This document shows positions 32,285 to 41,852 of a stretch of 64,000 nt of DNA, in pieces. How positions within the stretch are numbered: position 1 is the stretch's first letter; each line of letters begins with the position of its first letter. Origin of the DNA: a virus. Location: positions 96,001 to 160,000 of the IMG/VR virus record IMGVR_UViG_3300032304_002285; one strand, 5' to 3'. Both the position numbers and the translations under genes were made by a program. The notes under the pieces were generated by a model. The model ran no database searches and was not told the DNA's origin. It saw nothing but the letters and a program-made list of their open reading frames with translations.

Positions 32285-33212
32285 TGGTAAGCCAAAGCTT
32301 CTCTTGATTGATGGGAACAACCTTAGCCATCGTTCTTATTGGGCTCATAAGGAGCTTAGTTATAATGGAAGATGTACGGGGTTGTTGTATGGATTCTTTA
32401 GGGCTTTGATTTCCTTACACAAGGAGTTTCCTGATCACTTTCGGGTTATTGCTTGGGATAGAGGATATCAACGCCGACTAGATGAATCCACTAAGGCTGT
32501 TGAAGCGGGGTTGATTCCTTCTGCTTACAAAGCCAATCGGAGAAGCACGGCTGAGCTTTCGGCTCAAGACCCTGACAAGGCTCAAATCCTTGAAGAAATT
32601 CATGAGCAAATGGATGAGATGAAGGATGCTTTGAACCTTGTCAGGTGTCTTCAGGTTGGCATTGATGGGGCAGAAGGTGATGATGTTATTTATACCTATG
32701 CAAAACAAAATCAGGCAAATGGAGGAGACACTGTTATTGTTTCTTCAGATCATGATTTTATGCAGGTTATAGATGACAATGTTATTGTTTATGATGCCAT
32801 GAAACAAGAGCGTTGGACCAAAGAGAGATTCAAGCTTGAGTTTCAATTTGATCCAAGTCTTTGGGTTGATCTTGGTGCCTTGGAGGGGGAACAGGGACCA
32901 ACCAAGGATAATATTTTTGGTTGTGAGGGATGGGGTCCTGTAACTTCTTGTAAGTATGTTCGTGAGCATGGCAGTTTGGAAAACATAATTGAAGCCATTA
33001 AGGCTAAGCCTAAAAAATCCAAAAAGGAACAGGTTCTTTTGGATAGTATTCCAAGAGTGATGCTAGCCAAATCATTGAAACAAATGGATATTCTTCCTTA
33101 TGTTCCAAAGCCTAGGGTTTTGAAAACTTATGATCCGAAAGAATTGGAGAAGTATTTTATTACATTTAGGTTTGTTAGTATTCTCAAAGATGTTTGGAGA
33201 TTAATAAAGTAA
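32277..33212 (+). CDS. 5'-3' exonuclease / flap endonuclease (Pol I N-terminal, T4 RNase H-like)
   Basis: LLLIDGNNL, YKANR, EGDDVI, SSDHDFMQ, DNIFG..GWGP.T. Confidence 0.9.
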   Translation: MPDGKPKLLLIDGNNLSHRSYWAHKELSYNGRCTGLLYGFFRALISLHKEFPDHFRVIAWDRGYQRRLDESTKAVEAGLIPSAYKANRRSTAELSAQDPDKAQILEEIHEQMDEMKDALNLVRCLQVGIDGAEGDDVIYTYAKQNQANGGDTVIVSSDHDFMQVIDDNVIVYDAMKQERWTKERFKLEFQFDPSLWVDLGALEGEQGPTKDNIFGCEGWGPVTSCKYVREHGSLENIIEAIKAKPKKSKKEQVLLDSIPRVMLAKSLKQMDILPYVPKPRVLKTYDPKELEKYFITFRFVSILKDVWRLIK

Positions 33213-33226
33213 ACGGAGAGGTGAAA

Positions 33227-33805
33227 ATGATCACTACAGCTTTTCGTGTTGGAATAACAGGTGCAGCGGGTACCGGAAAAAGTTCTCTTGCTAAGTGCTT
33301 GAGCGAGAAAATAGGAATTGGCTTGATTGAGGCAAAGTCAATTACAAAAGAGATTCTTATTAGAGATTGCTATGACTATTGTTCGGGGATTCAGATTGAA
33401 AGGTTCTTAGCCAGCCCAGATAGGCAGAAAGAGATTCTTGATAAGACGATCAATACTCTTACGGTTGGTTCTCCTTGGGTAACAGATAGGACGTTGATTG
33501 ATCTTGCGGCTTATGCTGTTAATGAGTTGCATGACATTGATACTGCTCTTCTTCGGAAAATCTTCTTTGCTTGTAAGAAGCATGCTTCTATCTATACTCA
33601 TATTTTCCTTTGCCCCTGGATGGATGTTCCTCTTGAGAACAACAAGAAGAGGACTTTGAATCCCTGGTATCAATTTCAAATTCATGCCTTAGAGAAGGGG
33701 ATAATGGAGGACTGGGGAATTAAGTATCACATTTTGAAAACGAGTGATACTGCTTCTCGAATTGAGGAGATAATTGATGTAATCGGGCTGAAAACTAAGT
33801 CTTAA
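33227..33805 (+). CDS. P-loop nucleotide kinase-like ATPase (NadR/AAA_28 type)
   Basis: VGITGAAGTGKSSLA; VTDRT.ID..AY. Confidence 0.7.
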   Translation: MITTAFRVGITGAAGTGKSSLAKCLSEKIGIGLIEAKSITKEILIRDCYDYCSGIQIERFLASPDRQKEILDKTINTLTVGSPWVTDRTLIDLAAYAVNELHDIDTALLRKIFFACKKHASIYTHIFLCPWMDVPLENNKKRTLNPWYQFQIHALEKGIMEDWGIKYHILKTSDTASRIEEIIDVIGLKTKS

Positions 33806-33869
33806 GAAAAAATTTATATTTTTTCTTTCGGTAATGAAAAACAATGATAACAAACATGAGTTTGGTTCT

Positions 33870-34015
33870 CCACTGAGGACTAGGAGGGATTACGGTTCTC
33901 CTGGTTCTGGGTTAGGCTTGCTTGCCAAGGACTTATTGAAAGTGGCAAGACTCCTCTTGTGTGGGAAGAAGAAGAGGGGTCCGGGTAGGGCTCGATAAAG
34001 AGAGTCCAATCCCTT
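33870..34015 (+). ncRNA. Candidate structured non-coding RNA
   Basis: GC-richer non-coding stretch with several predicted stems, ending at a strong terminator; family not recognised. Confidence 0.35.
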
Positions 34016-34022
34016 TATATAG

Positions 34023-34058
34023 ACCCGCAGGTAAAAAGCCTGCGGGTTTCTTTTTTTT
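34023..34058 (+). terminator. Intrinsic terminator
   Basis: ACCCGCAGG-taaaaag-CCTGCGGGT followed by TTCTTTTTTTT. Confidence 0.88.
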
Positions 34059-34065
34059 CAGAAGG

Positions 34066-34098
34066 TTTGGATTTCTGACTTCTCTGGGTAATACATAG
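34066..34098 (+). promoter_or_regulatory. Bipartite motif TTTGGATTT-N16-ATACATAG (copy 1 of 3)
   Basis: Intergenic; same motif and spacing recur at 58272 and 59819. Confidence 0.55.
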
Positions 34099-34139
34099 AC
34101 GTAAACAAGATTGAGCGGACCATCAAGGGAGATTGAGAA

Positions 34140-34637
34140 ATGGAAAAGCCTTATTTGATTCAGCGGTGTTTGTTGCGCAAGCAGCAGGGACAGAAGCCGG
34201 GGTTTGATTCAAAATTCCAGCTTGATTATATGGGCAGTGCTGAGTTTGAATTCGGCTCGGTTCCGAAGTCTTTGAAGAATTTTACCAAGAACCTTGAAAG
34301 CCTTAAGATCTTTCAGGCTGGGGTTATGGACTACAAAGGGCAGGGTTTGTGGGTGGTTTGCATTCCTGAGGTTTGGGAGAAGTACAAAGAGTACATTCCT
34401 CTTTTGGTTTCTGGAAACATTCGACTGAAAGAGGTGTCATATCTTCCAGAAGCGACTCTTGGTAAGGACTTTCGGGGGAAACCCTTGGACCCATGCTATA
34501 ACAAGGCAGATTTGTGGTGGGATATTGAGAATAACGTGATGATGGCATATGGTAAGGACGTTATTAAACTCGCAATGAAAGCCATTCAAGAGGTCCGGGA
34601 AGCCAAGAAGGCTCAGGATGCTAAGGACTGGCTTTAA
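34140..34637 (+). CDS. Hypothetical phage protein with a DYMGSAEFE motif
   Basis: Clear ORF with RBS; function unknown. Confidence 0.75.
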   Translation: MEKPYLIQRCLLRKQQGQKPGFDSKFQLDYMGSAEFEFGSVPKSLKNFTKNLESLKIFQAGVMDYKGQGLWVVCIPEVWEKYKEYIPLLVSGNIRLKEVSYLPEATLGKDFRGKPLDPCYNKADLWWDIENNVMMAYGKDVIKLAMKAIQEVREAKKAQDAKDWL

Positions 34638-34652
34638 GACTGAAAGAAGAGC

Positions 34653-35582
34653 ATGAACACCAAATTCCTATTCTTTACAGATCCTCATGTGACGGCTGTT
34701 GCCCCTATTCACCGGGTTGATGACTACAGCCAATCAATCCTCTCTAAGATAAGAGAGGCTTACGAAATGGCTGCTTCTCAGAATTGTGAGTTTGTGGTGC
34801 TTGGGGGTGATCTCTTCAATGTTCATCGTCTTTTTTCTTATGAGTTGATCAATGATTTGATGGAAATCATTTGCGATTCTGGTTTAAACACTTATGCTGT
34901 TGTTGGGCAACACGATATCCATGGGTACAATCCAGAAACCTTCAAGTCTTCTACGTTGGCTTTTGTGACAAAGCATTGTAGCCGGTTGAACATTCTTTGG
35001 GAACCTACAGAGGTTAAGGCGGGGGTTTTCCTTTATCCTTCTCATGTGTGGGAGGATGTCAATCTTGCTCTGAATCCGGCTGGCCTAAATCCGGCGAACG
35101 TGAATATTCTTGTTGCTCATCATTTGATTACGGATCAGAAGAAGATGTTTGATACTGTCTCAACGTCTCTCTTTAAAGATGGACCTTATGATGTTGTGGT
35201 GAGTGGGGATTTACATTGTGGTTTCGAGCCTCATCAGCTTAATGGGCATTGGTTTTGCAATCCTGGCTCTTTGGCTAGGCGAGCCAGTGATGAGGCGGAT
35301 AGGGTCCCGATGGTTGCTGTGATCGGGATTGAAAAGGGTAAAAGGACTTCTGTTGACCAATATCCCTTGTCTGTGGCAAAGCCGGGTGGGGAGGTTTTTG
35401 GTCAAGAGGCTATGGCGATTATCAACAAAGCCAAGGAAGATTTTGACCCGACAAAGTTTTTGGAGAACGTGGACAAGTTTGAGATGGACGTGGCTGATAT
35501 TCATGAATTGATCCAGAAAGTAGGGGGAAAGGAAAAGATCGAACCAAGGGTTTTGGCTTATTTAGCCTCCAAGAAAACCTGA
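34653..35582 (+). CDS. sbcD: SbcD/Mre11-like metallophosphoesterase nuclease
   Basis: FTDPH, GGDLF, VGQHD, LVAHH, SGDLH, NPGSL.R. Confidence 0.85.
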   Translation: MNTKFLFFTDPHVTAVAPIHRVDDYSQSILSKIREAYEMAASQNCEFVVLGGDLFNVHRLFSYELINDLMEIICDSGLNTYAVVGQHDIHGYNPETFKSSTLAFVTKHCSRLNILWEPTEVKAGVFLYPSHVWEDVNLALNPAGLNPANVNILVAHHLITDQKKMFDTVSTSLFKDGPYDVVVSGDLHCGFEPHQLNGHWFCNPGSLARRASDEADRVPMVAVIGIEKGKRTSVDQYPLSVAKPGGEVFGQEAMAIINKAKEDFDPTKFLENVDKFEMDVADIHELIQKVGGKEKIEPRVLAYLASKKT

Positions 35583-35675
35583 TTCTTGGCGGTTGAGAGT
35601 GTAAAAGGGAATTTCCGGGTATAATGTTTGTGGTAACGAGAAAAGACGAAAACGAAAAAAAGAAAGAGAAGACAA

Positions 35676-36938
35676 ATGAATGACAAGGATGAAGTGCTGG
35701 GGACTGAGAGTGGGATTCCGAGTGAGGTTCTTGGGGGTCAAGAACCGGAAGGCAAAGAGCAGGGGGATGGAATGAAAATCGAAGTGGTGGAAGAAAAGAA
35801 GAAGCGGGGACGGAAGCCGGGGCAGAAGGCGGGAATGAAGGTTGGGGCTGATGGCAAGACCTTCCATGACGAAAAGAAGGAAGGAGCCAAGCGGGGACGG
35901 AAGCCCAAGGAGAAGAAGGAGAAGGCTGAAAAGGACTCTCTGGAAGCCATCGTCAAGAAGATGATTTCCAAGGCAGGGTTGCAAGAACTTCCTCCCCTGC
36001 GGACCATCCTGGCCGGGAAGGTTGGTACCAATGTCCGGATCTGTGACATTGGCATCTTCATCGGGGAAAAGGAAAACCTTCCTAAGGCTCTTCAACAAAT
36101 TGCTGAGAAGTGTACTCTCAAGAATCGGATCAACCTCAGTGCAGAGATTGATCTGAATAACGTGTTCAAGGTGTCTCAGGACATTTTGATCCCTGGACAG
36201 ATGTTCCAGCCAATTACTGTGGCTCGGGTGGAGGATGGCGCAATCGAATGCACCTCTGGTCGGCATCGGTTGGCGTTTCTGGCCATGGCTTATGGTCCGG
36301 AAGCTGAGGTTCCTGTCTATATCGAGGATATGGACTTGAATACGGCTCGGGATGCTGTGGTTTATTCCAATCAGGCTCGGAAGATTGCTGCTCAGGAACG
36401 TGCTGAGCATGCGGTTATGGCTGCTCTTGGTGGCAATGTCGAAGCGGATCAAGAGGAGCTTTATCAAAAGCTGATCAAGACCCGAAAGAATGGTATTTCC
36501 AACTACTGTGTCTATTCGGTTATTGATCGCCATAATCCTGCCAAGTTTGATTTCCCGGTTTCGTCTGCCAAGACTCGTCGGGGTGGTGAGTTGACCACTC
36601 TTGCCAATATCCAGAAGTATTGGAAGGCGGCTCTTTTCTGGCAAGATGGGATGGATCGTCGGGATTTTGATGCTTCCTTGAAGGATTCGGTGGAATTCCT
36701 GAATGCCTTGGTTAAGGAGCTTCAGGCGGTTCAGGGATTTAAGCCAGAGGTTCAGCTTTCGGAAAAGAGCATGATTGCTGCTGGCAAGTATTACAACAGT
36801 TTTATTGGGTTCTCTACCAGTAGTCCCCTTACGATTGTCAAGAAGCTTGCTGGTGTCATGGTGAATGTTATCCAAGATGGTCATGGACGATCTGGGACTA
36901 TCTTCCAGGATGTTACTAAGGGGATGAAACAGCCTTAA
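35676..36938 (+). CDS. ParB/Srx-like domain protein with a basic N-terminus carrying two RGRKP motifs
   Basis: QPITV......ECTSGRHRL.......P core; KKRGRKP and AKRGRKP. Confidence 0.6.
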   Translation: MNDKDEVLGTESGIPSEVLGGQEPEGKEQGDGMKIEVVEEKKKRGRKPGQKAGMKVGADGKTFHDEKKEGAKRGRKPKEKKEKAEKDSLEAIVKKMISKAGLQELPPLRTILAGKVGTNVRICDIGIFIGEKENLPKALQQIAEKCTLKNRINLSAEIDLNNVFKVSQDILIPGQMFQPITVARVEDGAIECTSGRHRLAFLAMAYGPEAEVPVYIEDMDLNTARDAVVYSNQARKIAAQERAEHAVMAALGGNVEADQEELYQKLIKTRKNGISNYCVYSVIDRHNPAKFDFPVSSAKTRRGGELTTLANIQKYWKAALFWQDGMDRRDFDASLKDSVEFLNALVKELQAVQGFKPEVQLSEKSMIAAGKYYNSFIGFSTSSPLTIVKKLAGVMVNVIQDGHGRSGTIFQDVTKGMKQP

Positions 36939-37975
36939 TGGTTCTGTACGGACATGATCCTGTAAAGGGTTATCTGTTCGTATGGGAAAAAGAGTTCAAA
37001 TTTGCCGGAAGGGTTAATCCCCCTTCCGGCAATTCTTTTCTCATACAGAATAGAGTTTTAGACTCACTGAGGGGAGCTTATTTCCTTTCTGGCAATAGAA
37101 AGCCAGTAAAGGTAATTTGGCTTTCCAAGGATGGGTCTTTTCCTTTTTGGTGTTGCTTGGGGGAAGAAGGTATTTGTTGTGCAGTAATAGATAACTTTGT
37201 TGTACATCCAACTGAATTGATTATCGTGTGTGGACCTAGCGTAGCAGATAGTTATTTGGTTTCTGTTGTTTGTAATCATTTCCCTAATAATCCTCTTTAT
37301 GTCTGTCCCGTTGTAGAAGAGCTTCCATCCTTTGGATTTTTGGCCAATGAACTTATTAAGCAGGGGAAAGAATATCCAAGAAGGATAAGTTTCTCTAATC
37401 CTGTGACTGGAGATATTGAAGGGTCTTATTGCTATCCGTATGAAGAGAGTATGGAGAATGACGCTTTCGGGAAGATGGCTTTTTCAGTTTCTAAAGACGT
37501 TGTTGTTTACAATGAAATGTTTACGGGGTTGGGCTTGTCTCCTTTTTATGGAAGAGGCTTGAGCAATAAGCCGATTTCGCCAGAAACCGTTTATATCTTA
37601 AATGAAGACATTGTTGATGATCTTTTGCCTCTGGTTCCGATATCTTTAAAGAATTATGCTGCGAAGACGGTACCTGTTGACGTTGTAGTGCCTGATGATT
37701 TTAGGAGGAAGACGGATTGCCAAGGAAAAAGGGCAAGGATTTTTGTTGCTAATGATTCCCTTTTTGGGGTTGGCGTTTTCATGAAGTTTTATGGAGCATT
37801 GACGAAATTGGGCTATGTCTGTTCTGGAGAAATTTCTGAGGGATTCCAGGGTAGTTTGTCCGTTTACCGATATAATAAGATGTATGAAGTTTCTTCGGGC
37901 TATCACAAGGAGATTCTATGTCCTCTCTCAAAGAATTGTATTCAATTGCCAATGTCTCAGACAAAGAGCGAGTAG
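36938..37975 (+). CDS. Hypothetical protein (345 aa)
   Basis: Long ORF coupled to the previous stop; no motif recognised. Confidence 0.65.
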   Translation: MVLYGHDPVKGYLFVWEKEFKFAGRVNPPSGNSFLIQNRVLDSLRGAYFLSGNRKPVKVIWLSKDGSFPFWCCLGEEGICCAVIDNFVVHPTELIIVCGPSVADSYLVSVVCNHFPNNPLYVCPVVEELPSFGFLANELIKQGKEYPRRISFSNPVTGDIEGSYCYPYEESMENDAFGKMAFSVSKDVVVYNEMFTGLGLSPFYGRGLSNKPISPETVYILNEDIVDDLLPLVPISLKNYAAKTVPVDVVVPDDFRRKTDCQGKRARIFVANDSLFGVGVFMKFYGALTKLGYVCSGEISEGFQGSLSVYRYNKMYEVSSGYHKEILCPLSKNCIQLPMSQTKSE

Positions 37976-40900
37976 GTTCACTGAAAAATGTTGTCATTGT
38001 TGTTTCGTCAAAGGACGTTGATGTAAATCCCATTCTTTCTTCCTTGGGTGTCTCTAAGTTTGAAGTAAACGTAACTTGGCCAAAAGAGAATCTTTCTCTC
38101 TTGGATGAGATTATGGCTATTCAGCCTAAATTGGTCATTCAAATTGGCCAGCAGTTTACTCGACGCTTCCCATTTCTCCCAGATGGTATTGCCCCAGATG
38201 ATTCTTTGAAGAAGAGAGTTAATCTGGCTGTTGCAGATCGGTATGTTGGTCTTCATCATCATGATGAATTCAGCTTGCAAGATGGACTTGGTTCTGTGAA
38301 TCAGCTAGGGGACCTCTTGAAGGCTCAGCGCCGTTCCTTTCTTGCTGTTACTAATCATGGGTCTATTGGTGGTTGGATTAAGCAGTATAACACTTGTAAG
38401 GCTTTGGGTTTGAAGTGTCTTTTCGGGATGGAGGCTTATGTAGAGAACTATAGAGGAGACGATGCTGAAGAAAAGAAAAAACACCGTTCAGCTAATCACT
38501 TAATTCTTTTGGCTAAGACCAAAGAGGGGTTTGATAATCTGATACGGATTCACAATGATGCCCAGTTAAATGGGTTTTATTACTCTCCTCGTTGTGACTG
38601 GGAGGCATTTAAGAAATGGGGCAAGGGAATTATTGCCACAAGTAGTTGTGCTGCGGGGGAAATTCCAAGAGCCTTAATGCAGAATGACTATGAGAAAGCT
38701 GAGCAAATTGCAAAGCTTTATAAGGAATGTTTTGATCAATTTTATCTAGAGCTTCAGATAATCGAAATGCCTGAACAGCGAGAGATCAATAGGCGGTTGA
38801 TTGAGTTTTCTCAAAAGGTAGGGATTGAGCTTGTTCTTGCCTGCGACTCCCATTATCTAGATTCTTCTCATTCTGATACACACAGCCTCCTGATGTATAT
38901 TCGGCAAAAGAAAACGATTGCTGATGTTAAGGAGGTTGATGAGGATGTTTGGGATTTTGAGGTAAAGAATTTGTTCTACAGAAATGCAGAGCAAATGGAA
39001 GATGTATTTCGGGGTGGCTTTACAACCAAAAATGGGACAAAGCATTTACCGTTTTTGGATGATGTTTTCACTGAAGATGTTTTTTATAAGGCAATGGATA
39101 ACACTAGGAAGATAGCTCTTTCTATTGAAGACATTGTTTTGGATTCAACGATTAAACTTCCAAGACTTTATCCTGATAGTAAGCAGATTCTTAAAGAGAA
39201 GATTAATGTTGGGTTTAAGTTTCTTGGTTTGCACTTGAAGCCAAATAAACAGGAGTACATGGATCGTGTTCGGTATGAGTTTGAAGTGATTACCCGTCTT
39301 GGGTGGGCAGATTATTTTCTGGTTATGGAGAAAATCATTTCTGCTACAAAAGAGAAATATGGGGAATTTTCTGTTGGGTATGGTAGAGGTTCGGCGGCTG
39401 GGTGTTTGGTGTCTTGGTGTTTGGGCTTAACTGATTGTGATCCATTGAAATATGGATTGCTTTTTGAACGATTCCTGGATGAAAGCCGTTCAGATCCACC
39501 GGATATTGACTCTGATTTTGATCCTCGTTGTCGGGACTGGGTAAAGGAATATGTTGTTAAAACCTTTGGGCAAAACAACACATGTTCCATTGGTACTTAT
39601 GGAACATATAAGACTCGTGCTGTTATTCTTGACATTGCTCGCGCATTGGCTTTGGATTATCACGAGGCTCAAGAATTGACTAAGAGTTTGGAAATGACTG
39701 TTTCAGTTGAGAATGACGAGGGAGACGATGAGGATTTTAGCATTGATAAGGTTGATTTTGATGAACTAATAGAACAGTTCCAGGATCTCAAATTGTATTT
39801 TGAGAAGCATCCAGAGGTTTTGTTTCATGCAAGGATTCTTCGTAATCAAGTTAAGCATGTAAGTACACATGCGGGTGGAGTGATTATTAGTGATTTGGAC
39901 TTGAGGGATAGGATTCCCGTTTTTGAAGACAAAAAAGGCAAGGTTGTTTCTTGCTGGAATGAGTCTGGTAATGTTTCTGAGTTGAGTAGCGTAGGCTTGG
40001 TGAAGTTTGATATTCTTGGGTTAAACAATTTGAGTGTTATTTCTGATACGATTGGTTTAATCAAAAGGACTCAGAATAAAGAGATAGCCAGATGGGAAAT
40101 CCCCATTGATGATCAAGAGTCTATCAAGATGGGGTCTAAGCGGGATTTGATTGGGATCTTTCAATTTGAGAATCCAGGGGTAAAGCCGGTAGTCGAAGCT
40201 GTAGGTATGGATTGTTTAAATGATGTGGCTGCAATTACTTCATTGATTCGTCCTGGTCCTAAGGACATGGGCATGGATATGGAGTATGCAAGGCGGAAGA
40301 GAGGAGAGCCATATGATGAGGTTGAAGTTTTGAGGTCTATGCTTTCGGATACTCATGGGATTATGGTCTACCAAGAGCAAGTTATGAAAATTGCCCGTGA
40401 ATTAGCTGGCTTTTCAATGGCTGAGGCTAATAAGCTTCGGAAAGGTATGGGTAAGAAAAAGAAAGAAGTTATTGCTGATTTGAAAGTCAAGTTTATGAAA
40501 GGTGCTCAAAAGGCAATAAGTGAGGGTTCTGCAACCCAAGAAGAAGTTGAAACAGTTTTTCGTAAAATCGAAAGTTTTGCAAAATATGGTTTCAACAAGA
40601 GCCATGCAGTATCTTATGCTGCAATGACTTGTGCCGAATTGTGGTTGAAGTATAATTACCCATTGGAGTTTGTAACTGCTTTGATTAACAACACAGATCA
40701 AGGTAAGAAGAAGTTTGGTGTTGAGATGTTTCCTTATTACATCAACTATGCTCGAAAGAGAGGATTCCCTGTTTTAGGACCCGATGTTAATAATAGTAAA
40801 GAGCAGTTTACGATTGAGATTGACAAGATTCGTTTTTCTCTTGGTCATATTAGGAATGTGGCTAGTGCTGCTGATGTTGTCATAAAGAATCAACCTTATG

Positions 40901-41493
40901 TTGATATGGCTGATTTTTATGAAAGAGCAGCAGAGGAAAGTGTTTCTGAAAAGACAGGCAAGACTACAAAGAGGCGGTTAAACAAAAGGGTTGTTGAGAG
41001 TTTAATTGCTGCTGGAGCATTTGACTGTTTTGGTTCAAGAAATGATGTTATGCGTCAGTATTATGAATGTAGGAAGGATAAGAAGGCTGAATATTTCCAA
41101 GGGACAGATAAACAATGGTGTGAGAAAGAAGAGGAGATGATTGGGGTTTGTCTTTCTGTTGATCCGATTAGATGGAAATATGAGAAGCTGATAGAGAAGA
41201 ATCGTTGGTGTCCTATTAACATGGTAAAAGAACGGGGTAGGACAAAGGTGTTTGGACGGGTTCAGAGTATTCGTCAGACTACATCTAAGAAGGGAAATCA
41301 GCAGCTTGTTATTGAGATTTCTGATGACTTGGATTCTTTGAGGTTTTATGTGTTTGGTGGTGGAATGAATCGGTTTCAGATGGAATATAAGACAGGAGAT
41401 ATTGTTGCTATTCCGATCAATAAGTTTCAGGATGGTGGTGACGTTAGGTTCTTTGATGTTGATCGGGATGGTGACATGGTAGAGAAAAAGTAA
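37918..41493 (+). CDS. dnaE: DNA polymerase III alpha subunit (family C, PHP domain) with an N-terminal extension of about 105 aa
   Basis: LHHHDEFSLQDG, TNHG, HLILLAK, DSHYL, GRGSAAG, FERFL, PDIDSDF, HAGGVII, KFDILGL, RPGP, VYQEQVM, YGFNKSHA. Confidence 0.96.
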   Translation: MSSLKELYSIANVSDKERVGSLKNVVIVVSSKDVDVNPILSSLGVSKFEVNVTWPKENLSLLDEIMAIQPKLVIQIGQQFTRRFPFLPDGIAPDDSLKKRVNLAVADRYVGLHHHDEFSLQDGLGSVNQLGDLLKAQRRSFLAVTNHGSIGGWIKQYNTCKALGLKCLFGMEAYVENYRGDDAEEKKKHRSANHLILLAKTKEGFDNLIRIHNDAQLNGFYYSPRCDWEAFKKWGKGIIATSSCAAGEIPRALMQNDYEKAEQIAKLYKECFDQFYLELQIIEMPEQREINRRLIEFSQKVGIELVLACDSHYLDSSHSDTHSLLMYIRQKKTIADVKEVDEDVWDFEVKNLFYRNAEQMEDVFRGGFTTKNGTKHLPFLDDVFTEDVFYKAMDNTRKIALSIEDIVLDSTIKLPRLYPDSKQILKEKINVGFKFLGLHLKPNKQEYMDRVRYEFEVITRLGWADYFLVMEKIISATKEKYGEFSVGYGRGSAAGCLVSWCLGLTDCDPLKYGLLFERFLDESRSDPPDIDSDFDPRCRDWVKEYVVKTFGQNNTCSIGTYGTYKTRAVILDIARALALDYHEAQELTKSLEMTVSVENDEGDDEDFSIDKVDFDELIEQFQDLKLYFEKHPEVLFHARILRNQVKHVSTHAGGVIISDLDLRDRIPVFEDKKGKVVSCWNESGNVSELSSVGLVKFDILGLNNLSVISDTIGLIKRTQNKEIARWEIPIDDQESIKMGSKRDLIGIFQFENPGVKPVVEAVGMDCLNDVAAITSLIRPGPKDMGMDMEYARRKRGEPYDEVEVLRSMLSDTHGIMVYQEQVMKIARELAGFSMAEANKLRKGMGKKKKEVIADLKVKFMKGAQKAISEGSATQEEVETVFRKIESFAKYGFNKSHAVSYAAMTCAELWLKYNYPLEFVTALINNTDQGKKKFGVEMFPYYINYARKRGFPVLGPDVNNSKEQFTIEIDKIRFSLGHIRNVASAADVVIKNQPYVDMADFYERAAEESVSEKTGKTTKRRLNKRVVESLIAAGAFDCFGSRNDVMRQYYECRKDKKAEYFQGTDKQWCEKEEEMIGVCLSVDPIRWKYEKLIEKNRWCPINMVKERGRTKVFGRVQSIRQTTSKKGNQQLVIEISDDLDSLRFYVFGGGMNRFQMEYKTGDIVAIPINKFQDGGDVRFFDVDRDGDMVEKK

Positions 41494-41505
41494 ATGGAGG
41501 TAAGT

Positions 41506-41823
41506 ATGTTGAAGGTTGGCGATGCGATCAAGGTTAAGACAACGACTAAGGATGATGTTTTCGGAGAGTGTGTTTATAAAGTTGTAGAGGTTGGGCTTAA
41601 ATGCCCATTCTGCAAGAAAGATGATGGTATTCGTTTCTCGATGTTTGGGGGGACTGGTCCTGCTGCTCGTCCTGGGTATCTTGTTACAGATTGCCCTGAG
41701 CGAGTGCAGAACGATATCAAGCGTGGGGTTACTGTTGTCTTGACTTCGGCTCAGGCGAATCTTTTTGAGAAGCATTATTCTGACAAGGGTGCTTCTCGCC
41801 CTAGTCACGAAATTGAGATGTAA
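41506..41823 (+). CDS. Hypothetical protein with CxxC
   Basis: RBS GGAGGT before ATG 41506. Confidence 0.65.
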   Translation: MLKVGDAIKVKTTTKDDVFGECVYKVVEVGLKCPFCKKDDGIRFSMFGGTGPAARPGYLVTDCPERVQNDIKRGVTVVLTSAQANLFEKHYSDKGASRPSHEIEM

Positions 41824-41852
41824 TTTGTGACAATCACAAGGCGATAAGTATT

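Noticed and set aside
33873-33910. CTGAGGA followed by a stem, resembling a hammerhead core
   Set aside because: The required GAAA after stem II is absent.
29755-36884. Long minus-strand ORFs (348 aa at 29755-30801; 440 aa at 35562-36884; also 252 aa at 58268-59020)
   Set aside because: They lie antisense to well-supported plus-strand genes with biased codon usage and show no recognisable motifs.
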